A DNA stretch of 64,000 nucleotides from Burkholderiales bacterium (GCA_023701005.1 JAMPXW010000002.1:177167-241166), one strand, 5' to 3'; positions 1-9,576 are shown, counted from the stretch's first letter. The notes: generated by a model from the sequence alone, not told the origin. Translations and numbers: made by a program.

Positions 1-1061
1 TTATTTTTTTCTTTCATTTCAGAATTAATAGCCACATATCTAATACCCAAATATGGTCTGACTATTTTACCAGTAGCCTTTACAGATTCTATTGCACTCT
101 TAACACTATTTATAGGTAAAGCAAAACCAATATTCTGAGAACCTTGAGCCACTGCCACATTAACACCGACAACATTCCCAGATAAATCTAACAATGGCCC
201 ACCAGAGTTCCCAGGATTTATTGCTGCATCTGTTTGTATCACATGGTCTAATAATTCTGTTTTACCTGAAGAATCACCAGCCGTAACAGATCTAGCAAGT
301 CCTGAGACAACACCAACAGATACAGTATTTCTAAACTCAGCCAATGCATTGCCTATAGCTATCACACTTTGTCCTACTTGCAATGAGTCAGAGTTACCTA
401 ATGATAAATAAGGAAATCCTGTTCCTTCTACTTTAATTAGAGCAATATCTAAAACAGGATCACGAGCAACAACTTTAGCGATATGTTTTTTACCATTATT
501 AGTAAACACTGTATACTCTACATCTTTTTGATCTACAACATGTTTATTTGTGACAATAAGTCCATCAGCAGATACAAAAAACCCAGAACCACCCCCTATC
601 TCCTTTTTCTCTGTGCCATTCTGACGATATTGTGGAACACTAAAGAAAAACCCTGGGAATAAATCACCAAAAGGATTTTGTTGTTGGTTTGGATCTATAT
701 AAGCCTCATACTTAGGAACATTTTTACTAATCATAATAGACACCACCGCTGGATTTGTCTTTTTTACCGCGTCTATCACGAAACGTTCTTCTGAAAAAAT
801 AGATTGTTTTTCTATTATTTTTTCAGAATTTAAACTTCCATCTTTTGCTAAACTATTATTTGGGTCTTGTATTTCTTGTAAATATTCTTTAGCAAAATAA
901 TCAAAAATATTAGCACGAAAATACCAAATCAGCGCTCCACAAACAATCAAAATAGCAATCAAAGATGCTAAACTTATAAAAAAGATTTTAAGAAAATTTT
1001 TATCTAAAAAGATTTTCTTTTCATCTTTTATTTTATTTACGTCTGTATTTATTTCTTCCAT
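1..1061 (-). CDS. htrA: HtrA/DegP-family trypsin-like serine protease, 3' end outside window
   Basis: Not in the ORF track. ATG at 1061 is in frame with an N-terminal TM segment and the motifs TNKHVV, DIAL and QTDAAINPGNSGGPL. Confidence 0.9.
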   Translation of the reverse strand, partial: MEEINTDVNKIKDEKKIFLDKNFLKIFFISLASLIAILIVCGALIWYFRANIFDYFAKEYLQEIQDPNNSLAKDGSLNSEKIIEKQSIFSEERFVIDAVKKTNPAVVSIMISKNVPKYEAYIDPNQQQNPFGDLFPGFFFSVPQYRQNGTEKKEIGGGSGFFVSADGLIVTNKHVVDQKDVEYTVFTNNGKKHIAKVVARDPVLDIALIKVEGTGFPYLSLGNSDSLQVGQSVIAIGNALAEFRNTVSVGVVSGLARSVTAGDSSGKTELLDHVIQTDAAINPGNSGGPLLDLSGNVVGVNVAVAQGSQNIGFALPINSVKSAIESVKATGKIVRPYLGIRYVAINSEMKEKN

Positions 1062-1246
1062 ATTATTTTAAATAAAAATTATTACTAATAATATAAAATT
1101 ATAACGGTCTAATTTAAAAAGTAAAGCTCTATAAAATCCTTTAAAAACCCAACTACCAAGTGAAAAAGAAGTTTATCCACAATTAAAATTGACAGACTCT
1201 AGAGAAAGCATAAAATAAGAGTGTTCATACAAAAAAATAATAAATT

Positions 1247-1361
1247 TGATTGGGGAAACTGGTGACCTGCCTCGCGTTGACGAGTCAAGGCGGGAATTCC
1301 AGTACAGTGCCGCTACGGTAAGTCCCGACCTAGGTCGAGGAACGAGTCCGATTACCAATCA
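1247..1361 (+). promoter_or_regulatory. Cobalamin riboswitch with a 29-nt insertion
   Basis: GGGAAACTGGTGA[insert]AATTCCAGTAC, GCCGCTACGGTAA and GAGTCCGATTACC match the B12-element core. TGATTGG(1247-1253)/CCAATCA(1355-1361) closes the stem. It lies upstream of DUF4430-type genes. Confidence 0.72.
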
Positions 1362-1408
1362 TTTTGTTTTTCCCGAGCAGGAGTTACTCTTCTTTTTGAA
1401 GACTCAAG

Positions 1409-1432
1409 ATTCTGCTCAGCAGAATTTTTTTT
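1409..1432 (+). terminator. Intrinsic terminator/attenuator of the riboswitch leader
   Basis: ATTCTGC-TCA-GCAGAAT followed by a T run. GAGCAGGA (1375-1382) can pair alternatively with TTCTGCTC (1410-1417). Confidence 0.55.
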
Positions 1433-1446
1433 ATGTTCATAACATT

Positions 1447-1914
1447 ATGAAAAAAACAAAAATAATTAAATTTACAATAATCATAGCCTTCTCTACTATA
1501 TTATTTAGTTTACTTTTTTCTGTTCTGTTCTCATCTTTCAAAAACGAAAATAGAATAAAATCTGAAATACAAAACACAAAACCTCAAAGCAAAAATTACA
1601 AGATAGAAAACGATGAATTAAAAAAACTAATAAAGATAACAGTAGAGATTAATGACAAGAAATACGAAAGCACTCTTCCAGAAAATTCAAACATATATGA
1701 ACACATGGAACAATTACAAAAAGAAGGCAAGGTGACATTTAAATATAAAAATTATCCTGGTATGGGTAAATTCATAGAAGAAATAAATAATATAAAAAAT
1801 GGAGAAAAAAGTTGGATATATTATGTAAATAATAAAAAAGCAACAATCGGAATATCAAATTATAAAATAGAAAATGGAGATGTCGTATCCTGGAAATTAG
1901 AATCTAATATTTAA
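1447..1914 (+). CDS. Membrane-anchored DUF4430 (transcobalamin C-terminal-like) protein
   Basis: ATG at 1447 preferred over TTG at 1246. N-terminal TM; GKFIEEIN, WIYYVN and GDVVSW motifs. Confidence 0.8.
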   Translation: MKKTKIIKFTIIIAFSTILFSLLFSVLFSSFKNENRIKSEIQNTKPQSKNYKIENDELKKLIKITVEINDKKYESTLPENSNIYEHMEQLQKEGKVTFKYKNYPGMGKFIEEINNIKNGEKSWIYYVNNKKATIGISNYKIENGDVVSWKLESNI

Positions 1915-1917
1915 TAA

Positions 1918-3735
1918 ATGAAAATAAAAAAAATATATAAAATAATATTAATCATATCAATAATATTTATAAATTCATCAAGCATAGCAAATGCAGCTGA
2001 TATAAATTTAACAATTAGAAGTGGAAATACTATCTTCTTCTCTGGCCCAGTAACACTAAGAGAACCCGGCAATATAGAATTAAATTCTCATCCATTAAAT
2101 TCAAATAGTGTACTTTCCGTAATTAATGATGCCGACATCTCAAGTGAAGATTTCACTATATCAGATATACAATATTATGATTCGTATGGATCATTTTATT
2201 TGAAATGCATGACTAGTTCTGTCGGCAATGATTGTGACAATTGGCAATATACCGTCGATGACATTTATCCTGGGATAGGAATGGACAAAAAAATACTATC
2301 CGGAGGAGAAAATCTATATGTTTATTTTGGTCCCCAAAACAAGATATTACTAAGTTCTAATTCGATAAATACTAACGAAACAGTAACAGTAACAACTAAA
2401 GAATATAACTATCAAGATAATAGCTGGAAAAAAAGAACTGGAATCACTGTCGGATTAACACAAACAAACCCTGATGATCCGTGGTCTCCTTTGGAAATTA
2501 AAACTAGCCCAGTAAATGAAAATGGAGAAATTACTTTTTCTAACATAGAAACTGGCTCTTACAATGTAGGGGTAAAAGAAGATTTTTATTTTCCAACAGA
2601 AATATTAACAGTGACGACTCCACCAAACATAGGAGGTAGCACTGGAGGATCATCTTTTACCACTCCAGAAATAAATAAAAAAGAATTTAACATAGAAAAA
2701 GCTATTGAATTTTTACTTTCTAAACAAAAAGAAGATGGTTCTTTTGGAGAAGATTTATATACAGATTGGGTAGCTATCTCTTTAACACCATTTAAAGATA
2801 AAGAAAATGTATCTAAAACAATAGAAAAATTAAAACTTTATTTTAAAGAAAACAAAAATAATCAAGATCTCTTAACTGACAAAGAGAGAAAATCAATCGC
2901 CTTGTTGTCTTTAGGTTTAGACCCACACAACACAAATAATAAAAATTATATAAAAGAAATATTGGAAACTTTTGATGGTAAACAATTCGGAGAAAATGAC
3001 AAAGATAATGATGATATTTTCGCTTTACTAATATTACAAAAGACAGGATACAACGAGACAGAAGATGTAATAATTAAAACTATCGATTTCATATTATCAA
3101 GACAAAAAGAAAACGGTTCTTGGGATGAGTCTATCGATATGACAAGCGCAGCCATACAATCTTTAAGTAAATTTAATAAAAATGAAATAATAAAAAATTC
3201 TCTTACTAAAGCAAAAGAATATTTAAAAATAAAACAAAAAGAAGATGGGAGTTTTGGAAATGTTTCTTCAACTGCTTGGGCTATGGGAGGCATACTAGCC
3301 TTATCTGAAAAACCTATAGATTGGACTAAAAATAATAATACACCAATAGATTATTTGACTTCTATGCAAGATGAAAATGGAAACATAAAAGACCCGTCTA
3401 GCTTCGATAAGACTGATGAACATTTACAAAATAAAATTTGGCAAACAGCCTACACTCTTTCAGCTTTATCTCAAAAAACATGGCTAGAGACAATGGAAGA
3501 ATTTAAAAAACCAACATCTGATACAACTGAAGAAAATTTACCAACAAATTTAAAATCAAATATTAAAAAAACAGAAAACAAAAAATCATACAGTAAAAAA
3601 AATACTATCAAAAAAGAATTAATAGATATAAATACAAAGAATCAATCACCTTCAACCACTATTTTGCCTGCTTCTACTTCTACCTTGTCTACTTTTCTAA
3701 GATTTTTCAAAACCGTCTTCGATAAAATATTATAA
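1918..3735 (+). CDS. Secreted protein with DUF4430-like N-domain and prenyltransferase/squalene-cyclase-like alpha-barrel repeats
   Basis: Signal peptide, WQYTVD motif, repeated QxEDGS(F/W) motifs. Confidence 0.75.
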   Translation: MKIKKIYKIILIISIIFINSSSIANAADINLTIRSGNTIFFSGPVTLREPGNIELNSHPLNSNSVLSVINDADISSEDFTISDIQYYDSYGSFYLKCMTSSVGNDCDNWQYTVDDIYPGIGMDKKILSGGENLYVYFGPQNKILLSSNSINTNETVTVTTKEYNYQDNSWKKRTGITVGLTQTNPDDPWSPLEIKTSPVNENGEITFSNIETGSYNVGVKEDFYFPTEILTVTTPPNIGGSTGGSSFTTPEINKKEFNIEKAIEFLLSKQKEDGSFGEDLYTDWVAISLTPFKDKENVSKTIEKLKLYFKENKNNQDLLTDKERKSIALLSLGLDPHNTNNKNYIKEILETFDGKQFGENDKDNDDIFALLILQKTGYNETEDVIIKTIDFILSRQKENGSWDESIDMTSAAIQSLSKFNKNEIIKNSLTKAKEYLKIKQKEDGSFGNVSSTAWAMGGILALSEKPIDWTKNNNTPIDYLTSMQDENGNIKDPSSFDKTDEHLQNKIWQTAYTLSALSQKTWLETMEEFKKPTSDTTEENLPTNLKSNIKKTENKKSYSKKNTIKKELIDINTKNQSPSTTILPASTSTLSTFLRFFKTVFDKIL

Positions 3736-4253
3736 TGTTTTATTTTATCTAATTCATCATCTATCCCCCATAGATCATATTCTGCTACTTCCCAACCTTT
3801 TTCAAAAATATTTAAATTAAGCGGGATAGAATAACTTCTCAAAGTTTTATTTCCATTATCTAAAAAATATTCATGAAAATAAGACATTACTAATTCCCTT
3901 ATATTTTTATATACAGGCTCTCTATATCTTAAAACAGCATGATTCGTCTTAGATAATGCTCCCCACAAACCATCTTTTTTAAAAGGTGTTATCATATGAT
4001 CAAAGTCTCCTTTTGTTGTCTTTAAATGCAAAATAAGGGGTTTGTAACCATGCAAAGAAAGAACATAAGCACCCAATATAGCTCCTTCTATACAATGAGC
4101 ATTCTTTTCTCTCAAAACTCTAATGGGTGACTTTATCACATTTTTCCCATCTTTTTCAAAATTAAATTTTAAACTATTCAAAAAATCTTGCACCTTGGCT
4201 GGTGTATTTAACCTTTTCATTAATGCTATTTCTTTTTGTGTAAAATTTAACAT
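3642..4253 (-). CDS. Conserved hypothetical protein, transglutaminase-like
   Basis: AHCIEGA, DH and SKTNHAVLRYREPVY motifs. ATG at 4253 preferred over TTG at 4271. Confidence 0.65.
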   Translation of the reverse strand: MLNFTQKEIALMKRLNTPAKVQDFLNSLKFNFEKDGKNVIKSPIRVLREKNAHCIEGAILGAYVLSLHGYKPLILHLKTTKGDFDHMITPFKKDGLWGALSKTNHAVLRYREPVYKNIRELVMSYFHEYFLDNGNKTLRSYSIPLNLNIFEKGWEVAEYDLWGIDDELDKIKHYNILSKTVLKNLRKVDKVEVEAGKIVVEGD

Positions 4254-4269
4254 CTGTGGATAACTGGGC

Positions 4270-4282
4270 AAGGACCACCCTT
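4270..4282. repeat. AAGG-N5-CCTT mini-palindrome
   Basis: AAGGACCACCCTT, related to units at 28520, 28547 and 37822. Confidence 0.4.
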
Positions 4283-4991
4283 ACCTTTTTAAATATTCTT
4301 TACGGATATGTTCTGGAAATTTCTCTATGGAATAACGAAGCATTGTCCTCGGCATTTTAGAAATATTTTTATCTAAAAATTTACACAATTGTATAGCATC
4401 CCTTTTGCCTGCTTCGCGCAACATCCAGCCACTCGCTTTGTGCATTAAATCATGTTTATGATCTAAAAACATTTTTGCCAATGTCATTGTCCATTTTATA
4501 TTTCCTTTTCTAATAAATGCAAAAGTGGAAACCATCGATATCCGTTGTTCCCATAAATTTTTTGACTTAGCTAATTTTAATAATATTTCTTCTATTCTTT
4601 TCTTTGAAGAAAGATTCAAAAGATAATCGCCCAAAATATGATGAGCAGACAGATCTACCAAATCCCAATTGTTTATATATTTAGTATTTTTTAAATAAAA
4701 ATCTACAATTTCTTTCTTTTCTTTTTCTATCCCCTTTTTGTATTTCTGTACCAAGATGAGTAATGCTATCAAACGGACTTCATGAACTTTATTTTTCAAC
4801 AACAAAGACACTTCTTTTTTTGGTAAATCTTTATACTTTATAGCAATCTTTCTAGACAAAGGTACAGTAAGCCCCCAAAATATATCTCCTTCTCCGTATT
4901 GACCCTTGCCCGTTTTAAAAAACCTAGAAAGTATTTCTGATCTAAATTTATCTCTTTTTGTTTTAATTTCCTTTAAAATAGTTCCATTCAT
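4281..4991 (-). CDS. DNA alkylation repair protein (AlkD-like)
   Basis: FFKTGKGQYGEGD, INNWDLVD and HKASGWMLRE motifs. Confidence 0.88.
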   Translation of the reverse strand: MNGTILKEIKTKRDKFRSEILSRFFKTGKGQYGEGDIFWGLTVPLSRKIAIKYKDLPKKEVSLLLKNKVHEVRLIALLILVQKYKKGIEKEKKEIVDFYLKNTKYINNWDLVDLSAHHILGDYLLNLSSKKRIEEILLKLAKSKNLWEQRISMVSTFAFIRKGNIKWTMTLAKMFLDHKHDLMHKASGWMLREAGKRDAIQLCKFLDKNISKMPRTMLRYSIEKFPEHIRKEYLKR

Positions 4992-4996
4992 TTGAC

Positions 4997-6370
4997 TTAT
5001 GATTTACATTTTATACAAGCATTTCTAGCTGGACCTTCGGGAACCATTTGACAATATTGCACACTTGGAACACTTATAAAATTATCACAACTAGGACCAC
5101 TTTCCACAGGAGCTCCAACAGCACCGACACCTTCTGGTAATCTATTTTCTTCTCTGCTTATATCTGGAGTGATACCTTTTGTTTGCTCTTGTATCTGCTC
5201 TCGTATTTTTTCTTTGTATTCATTTGGTATACCTTCTGGTATCATCTTTTGTATATCTTCTCTATTAGGAACTCCATTTTTCATAATTTCGCCATCTCTG
5301 TCTGGTATTTTACCAAAACAAGCTTCTATTTTGGATCCTATTTCTTTTGTTGGTTTAGTTGTTTTATTTAATATATTATTATATTTTTCTTCGCCAATTG
5401 ATGATTTCAAACAACCTTCTACCGTACTACGCATCCCCTCTGGCATCGAGCTAAGGGCCTTCATCATTTCATCTATTCCTGAAGTCATCAACTCTTTGTC
5501 TTTTTCTGAAACTAAACCTTTTTCTATAGCAAAGCTTGAACATAAATCAATATTATCTTCTTTGTTACAAAAATCTTCACATTCTTTTTTTGATTTACAC
5601 CCACCAGGACCAACCCCTCCAGATTTCTTTGCTATTTCAGCATCTTCTTTCGATATAAGTCCAGAAATTTCTGCGAAAGAAACACATTCTGAAAAATTGA
5701 CTTCTTTAGAACAAAAATCTTCACATTCTTTTTTATTCTGACATTTGCCTGGTGTTTTACCTTCTTTCAAAAAAGAAGAAACCTTTTTTGCTTCTTGTAA
5801 ATCTTCTTTTGAAAGAATCTCTGATTTTTCAGCAAAATTTAAACATTCGTCTATATGACTTGTAATAGAACAATAATTTTCACATTCCATTTTTGTCTTA
5901 CAACTACCTGGCATTTCTGCTCCATCTTCTAAAGCCTTCAATATCTTTTTAGCTTCTAAAAGATCTTTTTCTGGTATAATTTTTAATTCATCAGCAAAAA
6001 CTACACATTCTTTTATATTTTCAACTTTAAGAGAACAAAAATTTTTACATTCTTCTTCGCTCTTACAACCGCCAGGAGTCGTTCCTTCAGCTACTCTCTT
6101 TGCTACAGCTTTAGAAACTCTCAAATCTTCTCCTGTAAGGAGTTTTTTTTCTTCTGCATAATTTACACAAGCCACCATATTTACAGTCTTACTACAAAAA
6201 TTTGCACAATCTATTTTGTCTTTACATGAACCAAGTTCCTTTATTGGATAAATGATATTTGTATCACTTACCTTAGGCTTGTACTCTTCTACATTTTGAG
6301 CATTTACAACATTTATAAAAACAAAAGTTAAAACAAAAAATATTCCTAAAAATTTAATAAAATTTTTCAT
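4997..6370 (-). CDS. Secreted cysteine-rich repeat protein
   Basis: Signal peptide; five (P)GxC-x5-C-x3-C...C repeats. Confidence 0.8.
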   Translation of the reverse strand: MKNFIKFLGIFFVLTFVFINVVNAQNVEEYKPKVSDTNIIYPIKELGSCKDKIDCANFCSKTVNMVACVNYAEEKKLLTGEDLRVSKAVAKRVAEGTTPGGCKSEEECKNFCSLKVENIKECVVFADELKIIPEKDLLEAKKILKALEDGAEMPGSCKTKMECENYCSITSHIDECLNFAEKSEILSKEDLQEAKKVSSFLKEGKTPGKCQNKKECEDFCSKEVNFSECVSFAEISGLISKEDAEIAKKSGGVGPGGCKSKKECEDFCNKEDNIDLCSSFAIEKGLVSEKDKELMTSGIDEMMKALSSMPEGMRSTVEGCLKSSIGEEKYNNILNKTTKPTKEIGSKIEACFGKIPDRDGEIMKNGVPNREDIQKMIPEGIPNEYKEKIREQIQEQTKGITPDISREENRLPEGVGAVGAPVESGPSCDNFISVPSVQYCQMVPEGPARNACIKCKS

Positions 6371-6374
6371 AAAA

Positions 6375-6605
6375 TTATTCTACAAAAGGATTCTTATAGC
6401 CATTGTAAGGATTTACATCTGCCTTAAATGGATTAGTTTTTTCGACCTCACTTCCTATATTAAATTTTATATCTTCAATTTTTATATTTTGGTTTTCTTT
6501 TGTCTTACCAAAATCTTTCACAAAATCAAAATTAAAAAATATAATTAATAAAATTATTATTAAAATAATTAATACTATCCAAACAATATTTCTTTTATTA
6601 TTCAT
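6375..6605 (-). CDS. Small single-TM hypothetical protein
   Basis: N-terminal hydrophobic helix; TGATATAAT upstream. Confidence 0.65.
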   Translation of the reverse strand: MNNKRNIVWIVLIILIIILLIIFFNFDFVKDFGKTKENQNIKIEDIKFNIGSEVEKTNPFKADVNPYNGYKNPFVE

Positions 6606-6623
6606 AACAACTATATTATATCA

Positions 6624-6848
6624 CTAGTCTTTATCAACCACTAAAAGCTTGGTCGGGCTTTTGTGTCCATTTATTATACGTATTTTGTTTTTTGGAATAA
6701 CATAGTGAAAAGAAAGCAATTCTACTATTTTATCATTTGCCATGTTTCTCTCGGCTTTTTCTTTAACAGATATCTCAAAATGATCTTCATTCATTTTTTT
6801 GAAGATTTCTTTTTTAGAATTAGGAAAAGCTTTTACTCTTATATACAT
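6624..6848 (-). CDS. DUF167/YggU-family protein
   Basis: VKAFPNSKK, AN...LS and GHKSPTK pattern. Confidence 0.85.
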   Translation of the reverse strand: MYIRVKAFPNSKKEIFKKMNEDHFEISVKEKAERNMANDKIVELLSFHYVIPKNKIRIINGHKSPTKLLVVDKD

Positions 6849-7228
6849 AAAAGTATTTTAGGTACAAATATGATAGACCCCACAACAACAGCAATAATAG
6901 CAGACAACAAAACTGCAGCCGCAGCCACATCTTTCGTATCACGAGCAAAAGGATGATATTCTGGAGATGTTAAATCTATATCTATTTCTATCGCTGTATT
7001 GAAAGCTTCTGAAACAATCACAAAACCAATAGAAAAAATTAAAGCAATCCATTCAAAACTAGAAACTTTAAAATAAAAACCTAAAAATAAAACAACAACA
7101 GTTGCTAACAAATGAAAATACAAATTTCTAGTAGTTTTGCCAAAAACATACAAACCTCGAAAAGCATTTAAAAATTTCTCACTCTTTTTAACTTCCCTCC
7201 AAGCTTTTATTTCTTTTTTGGAATCCAT
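6839..7228 (-). CDS. dgkA: Diacylglycerol/undecaprenol kinase
   Basis: EAFNTAIE and KDVAAAAV motifs; three TM helices. Confidence 0.88.
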   Translation of the reverse strand: MDSKKEIKAWREVKKSEKFLNAFRGLYVFGKTTRNLYFHLLATVVVLFLGFYFKVSSFEWIALIFSIGFVIVSEAFNTAIEIDIDLTSPEYHPFARDTKDVAAAAVLLSAIIAVVVGSIIFVPKILLCI

Positions 7229-7239
7229 ATAAATTACAA

Positions 7240-7869
7240 TTACTTTTTACTTCTAAAGAAGTCTATAAAGAAAAAAGTATGATGTGTGCTTTTTTCTAAT
7301 AGATTGAACAATATAGCTAATGTAAACAAGACTATCGCTGTGTTTGTACTAAAAAAAGAAACTATTATCGCAATCAATGCAGAACCTACGGGGAATAATA
7401 TTCTCATATTCGCATGTTCATTTTCTATCTTAGTGAAAGTTGCATTCTCTATAGTTTTAGAATTTATAGCATATTGACGCATTCTATATAAAGAAAGCCC
7501 AATTAAAATAATATTCAACGCAAAGAATATTATAGCCGTTTGAGAATAACTATATTTACCTAGAAAATGAGAAGAAAATGGAACCAATCCAACAAAAAAG
7601 AAAAATATCGCATTTAAGTTTGAAAACTTTGTATCAATATTTTTTGCTAAAATAGACTCAATAAAATGATGAGATCTCCAATAAGTAAAGAGCAAAGAAA
7701 AACTTAAGAGATAGCTCAAAAATACTGGATATAAATAAAATAATGAATTTAAAAGAGTCCCATCATCTACCACACCCGCATACTCAGGGATACGTATTTC
7801 AAAAACCAATATCGTCATCACTATCGCAAAAATGCTGTCTGCTAATTGATCTAATCTAGCTTGTTTCAT
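7240..7869 (-). CDS. TMEM175-family (DUF1211) potassium channel
   Basis: RLDQLADSIFAIVMTILV matches the TMEM175 RxxxFSD-like motif; WxxHH. Confidence 0.85.
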   Translation of the reverse strand: MKQARLDQLADSIFAIVMTILVFEIRIPEYAGVVDDGTLLNSLFYLYPVFLSYLLSFSLLFTYWRSHHFIESILAKNIDTKFSNLNAIFFFFVGLVPFSSHFLGKYSYSQTAIIFFALNIILIGLSLYRMRQYAINSKTIENATFTKIENEHANMRILFPVGSALIAIIVSFFSTNTAIVLFTLAILFNLLEKSTHHTFFFIDFFRSKK

Positions 7870-7884
7870 ATATAATATTTTACC

Positions 7885-8256
7885 TTAATTAGTTGGTAAT
7901 ACACAACCACTTATCTCTGATAATTTTTCCAAACCTTGTTCACCTACATATTTTTTACCTTCCCCGTCTATCCACGTAGGATAGCCTTCTATCCCTTTAG
8001 CAATACATAAATCTGGATTCTCAGTGCATTCTACATAAGGAACATATTTAAATGCACCTTCAAATTTGTCTTTCTCTGCTTTACAATGAGAACACCAAAC
8101 AGCACCATACATCGTCATATCTTTACTAGCCAAACATTGTGCAAAAGCATCATATTTTGTAGAGACAGTGCTACTACCTTTGTTCAACAAAATAGTGGCT
8201 ACTGTGCCCAATATCAAAAGACCCATTATTAAAAAGAAAATATTTTTTTGACTCAT
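7885..8256 (-). CDS. Membrane-anchored thioredoxin-like protein
   Basis: MYGAVWCSHC, YVEC and GYPTW motifs. Confidence 0.82.
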   Translation of the reverse strand: MSQKNIFFLIMGLLILGTVATILLNKGSSTVSTKYDAFAQCLASKDMTMYGAVWCSHCKAEKDKFEGAFKYVPYVECTENPDLCIAKGIEGYPTWIDGEGKKYVGEQGLEKLSEISGCVLPTN

Positions 8257-8262
8257 ATTTTT

Positions 8263-8769
8263 TTATTCTTTACAGCAATCTACAAGTTTACCCATGATAT
8301 CATCAAAAGTCATAGGTTTTTCAGCTTCTAGGCTGTTTTTTATATCTGGTATATTAATAATTTTCAATCTAAGTCCAAAGAAAAGATTGTAAACTTTATA
8401 TGCAAAAGTAAACATTTGTTTTGCATCTTCTGTTTTACCATCACCTTGCAACTTAGTTCCGACTTCCATAAGCCTCATCGTTGTTGCCAATAAATGTTTA
8501 GAAATACACCAACTCTCTGCCTCTGTCTTATCTATCATTCGAGCAAGTAAAACTTTTCTCATCTCTCGCACTTCACTCAACATATTATAATATTCGTCTT
8601 TGCCTGTTTTAGCACCAGAAAAAAAGAAGTGCTCTTCTAAGCTAATGAGATTCATGACAGCGATACTCAAATCTTCTTCTGTAGATAAATCTACCCCTCT
8701 ATCTTCTTTTAAGGTTGCTATCTTCTTTTGTAATTCTTCGAAACTTAATAATTTTAAATCTTGTGACAT
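8263..8769 (-). CDS. Conserved hypothetical protein
   Basis: Clean ORF in operon; NLISLEEH, WCISKHLL and C-terminal DCCKE. Confidence 0.7.
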   Translation of the reverse strand: MSQDLKLLSFEELQKKIATLKEDRGVDLSTEEDLSIAVMNLISLEEHFFFSGAKTGKDEYYNMLSEVREMRKVLLARMIDKTEAESWCISKHLLATTMRLMEVGTKLQGDGKTEDAKQMFTFAYKVYNLFFGLRLKIINIPDIKNSLEAEKPMTFDDIMGKLVDCCKE

Positions 8770-8781
8770 ATATTTAGCTAG

Positions 8782-8870
8782 AGATTTCTGATAAAGAATT
8801 TTAAGAGTCGTGGGTTCCCTGTCCTTTTGGCTCCGAGGGCGAAGGCTCAGAAATTTTTTATCAGAAATCT
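8782..8870. repeat. Long intergenic stem-loop element
   Basis: 21-nt arms 8782-8802 and 8850-8870 enclose a GC-rich structured core. Confidence 0.6.
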
Positions 8871-8880
8871 TTATTTTTAT

Positions 8881-9576
8881 TTATAATGAAAATATTAAAA
8901 CACCAAAAACAACAAGGATTAATAATAATATTACACGTGCTTTCTTCGTTTCTAATCTGCGCAATCTATCTATCTTTTCTGCCATCACTTTATTTGTCGT
9001 AAGCAACAATATGACAATGAGTGGCAAGACAAAAATAAAATTATAAATGATTAAATACCAAAAACCTTTCCAGAAATTCGCATAATCATGAAGCAAAGAC
9101 AACACAAAAAGATAAGGACCACCAGTACAAGGAAATTCAAACATAGCAACGAGAGCTCCTAACAATAAAAATGCTGGTATAGAACCCTTTGTCATAACTT
9201 TCGCTATAGTTGTGTGAGTACTCTCTGGCATTTTCAATTTGATGGGGAAATTTTCAAAAAATTCATTTATCAAACCGATAATACTGTAAATGAGCAATAT
9301 AGAAGCACCTATCTTCGCCATGATATTTGGTACATTAAAAAATGTTAAAGCTTTCAATGTGCCCAAGCCTATGAGTGTGTAAACTATAGCTATAGCCAAG
9401 ATATATACACCACCAGAAATCAAAACAAATCTTCTATTTTTACCTAAACTAAATAAAAAAGTAATAGTCAAAAATAACACTGAAATAGCACATGGATTGA
9501 TACTGTCAATCAAAGCAGAGAGCATTATTACGGGCAAAAAACCATGTGAACTTGTCGTTAAATATTCTGCAAACAT
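8881..9576 (-). CDS. CcdA/DsbD-like transmembrane disulfide-relay protein
   Basis: DSINPCA and EFPCTGGPY cysteine pair; about six TM helices. Confidence 0.82.
   Translation of the reverse strand: MFAEYLTTSSHGFLPVIMLSALIDSINPCAISVLFLTITFLFSLGKNRRFVLISGGVYILAIAIVYTLIGLGTLKALTFFNVPNIMAKIGASILLIYSIIGLINEFFENFPIKLKMPESTHTTIAKVMTKGSIPAFLLLGALVAMFEFPCTGGPYLFVLSLLHDYANFWKGFWYLIIYNFIFVLPLIVILLLTTNKVMAEKIDRLRRLETKKARVILLLILVVFGVLIFSL

Noticed and set aside
1246-1446. N-terminal extension of the DUF4430 ORF from TTG 1246, and ORF 1173..1358
   Set aside because: They overlap the riboswitch and attenuator; ATG 1447 gives a normal N-terminal anchor.
3393-3415. Possible palindromic insertion (CCCGTCTAGCTTCGATAAGACTG)
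   Set aside because: The stem is only 4 bp and there is no second copy in the window.
8782-8870. SRP RNA or 6S RNA
   Set aside because: It lacks the SRP CAGG/GNRA/AGCAG domain IV motif on either strand and is too short for a typical 6S RNA.
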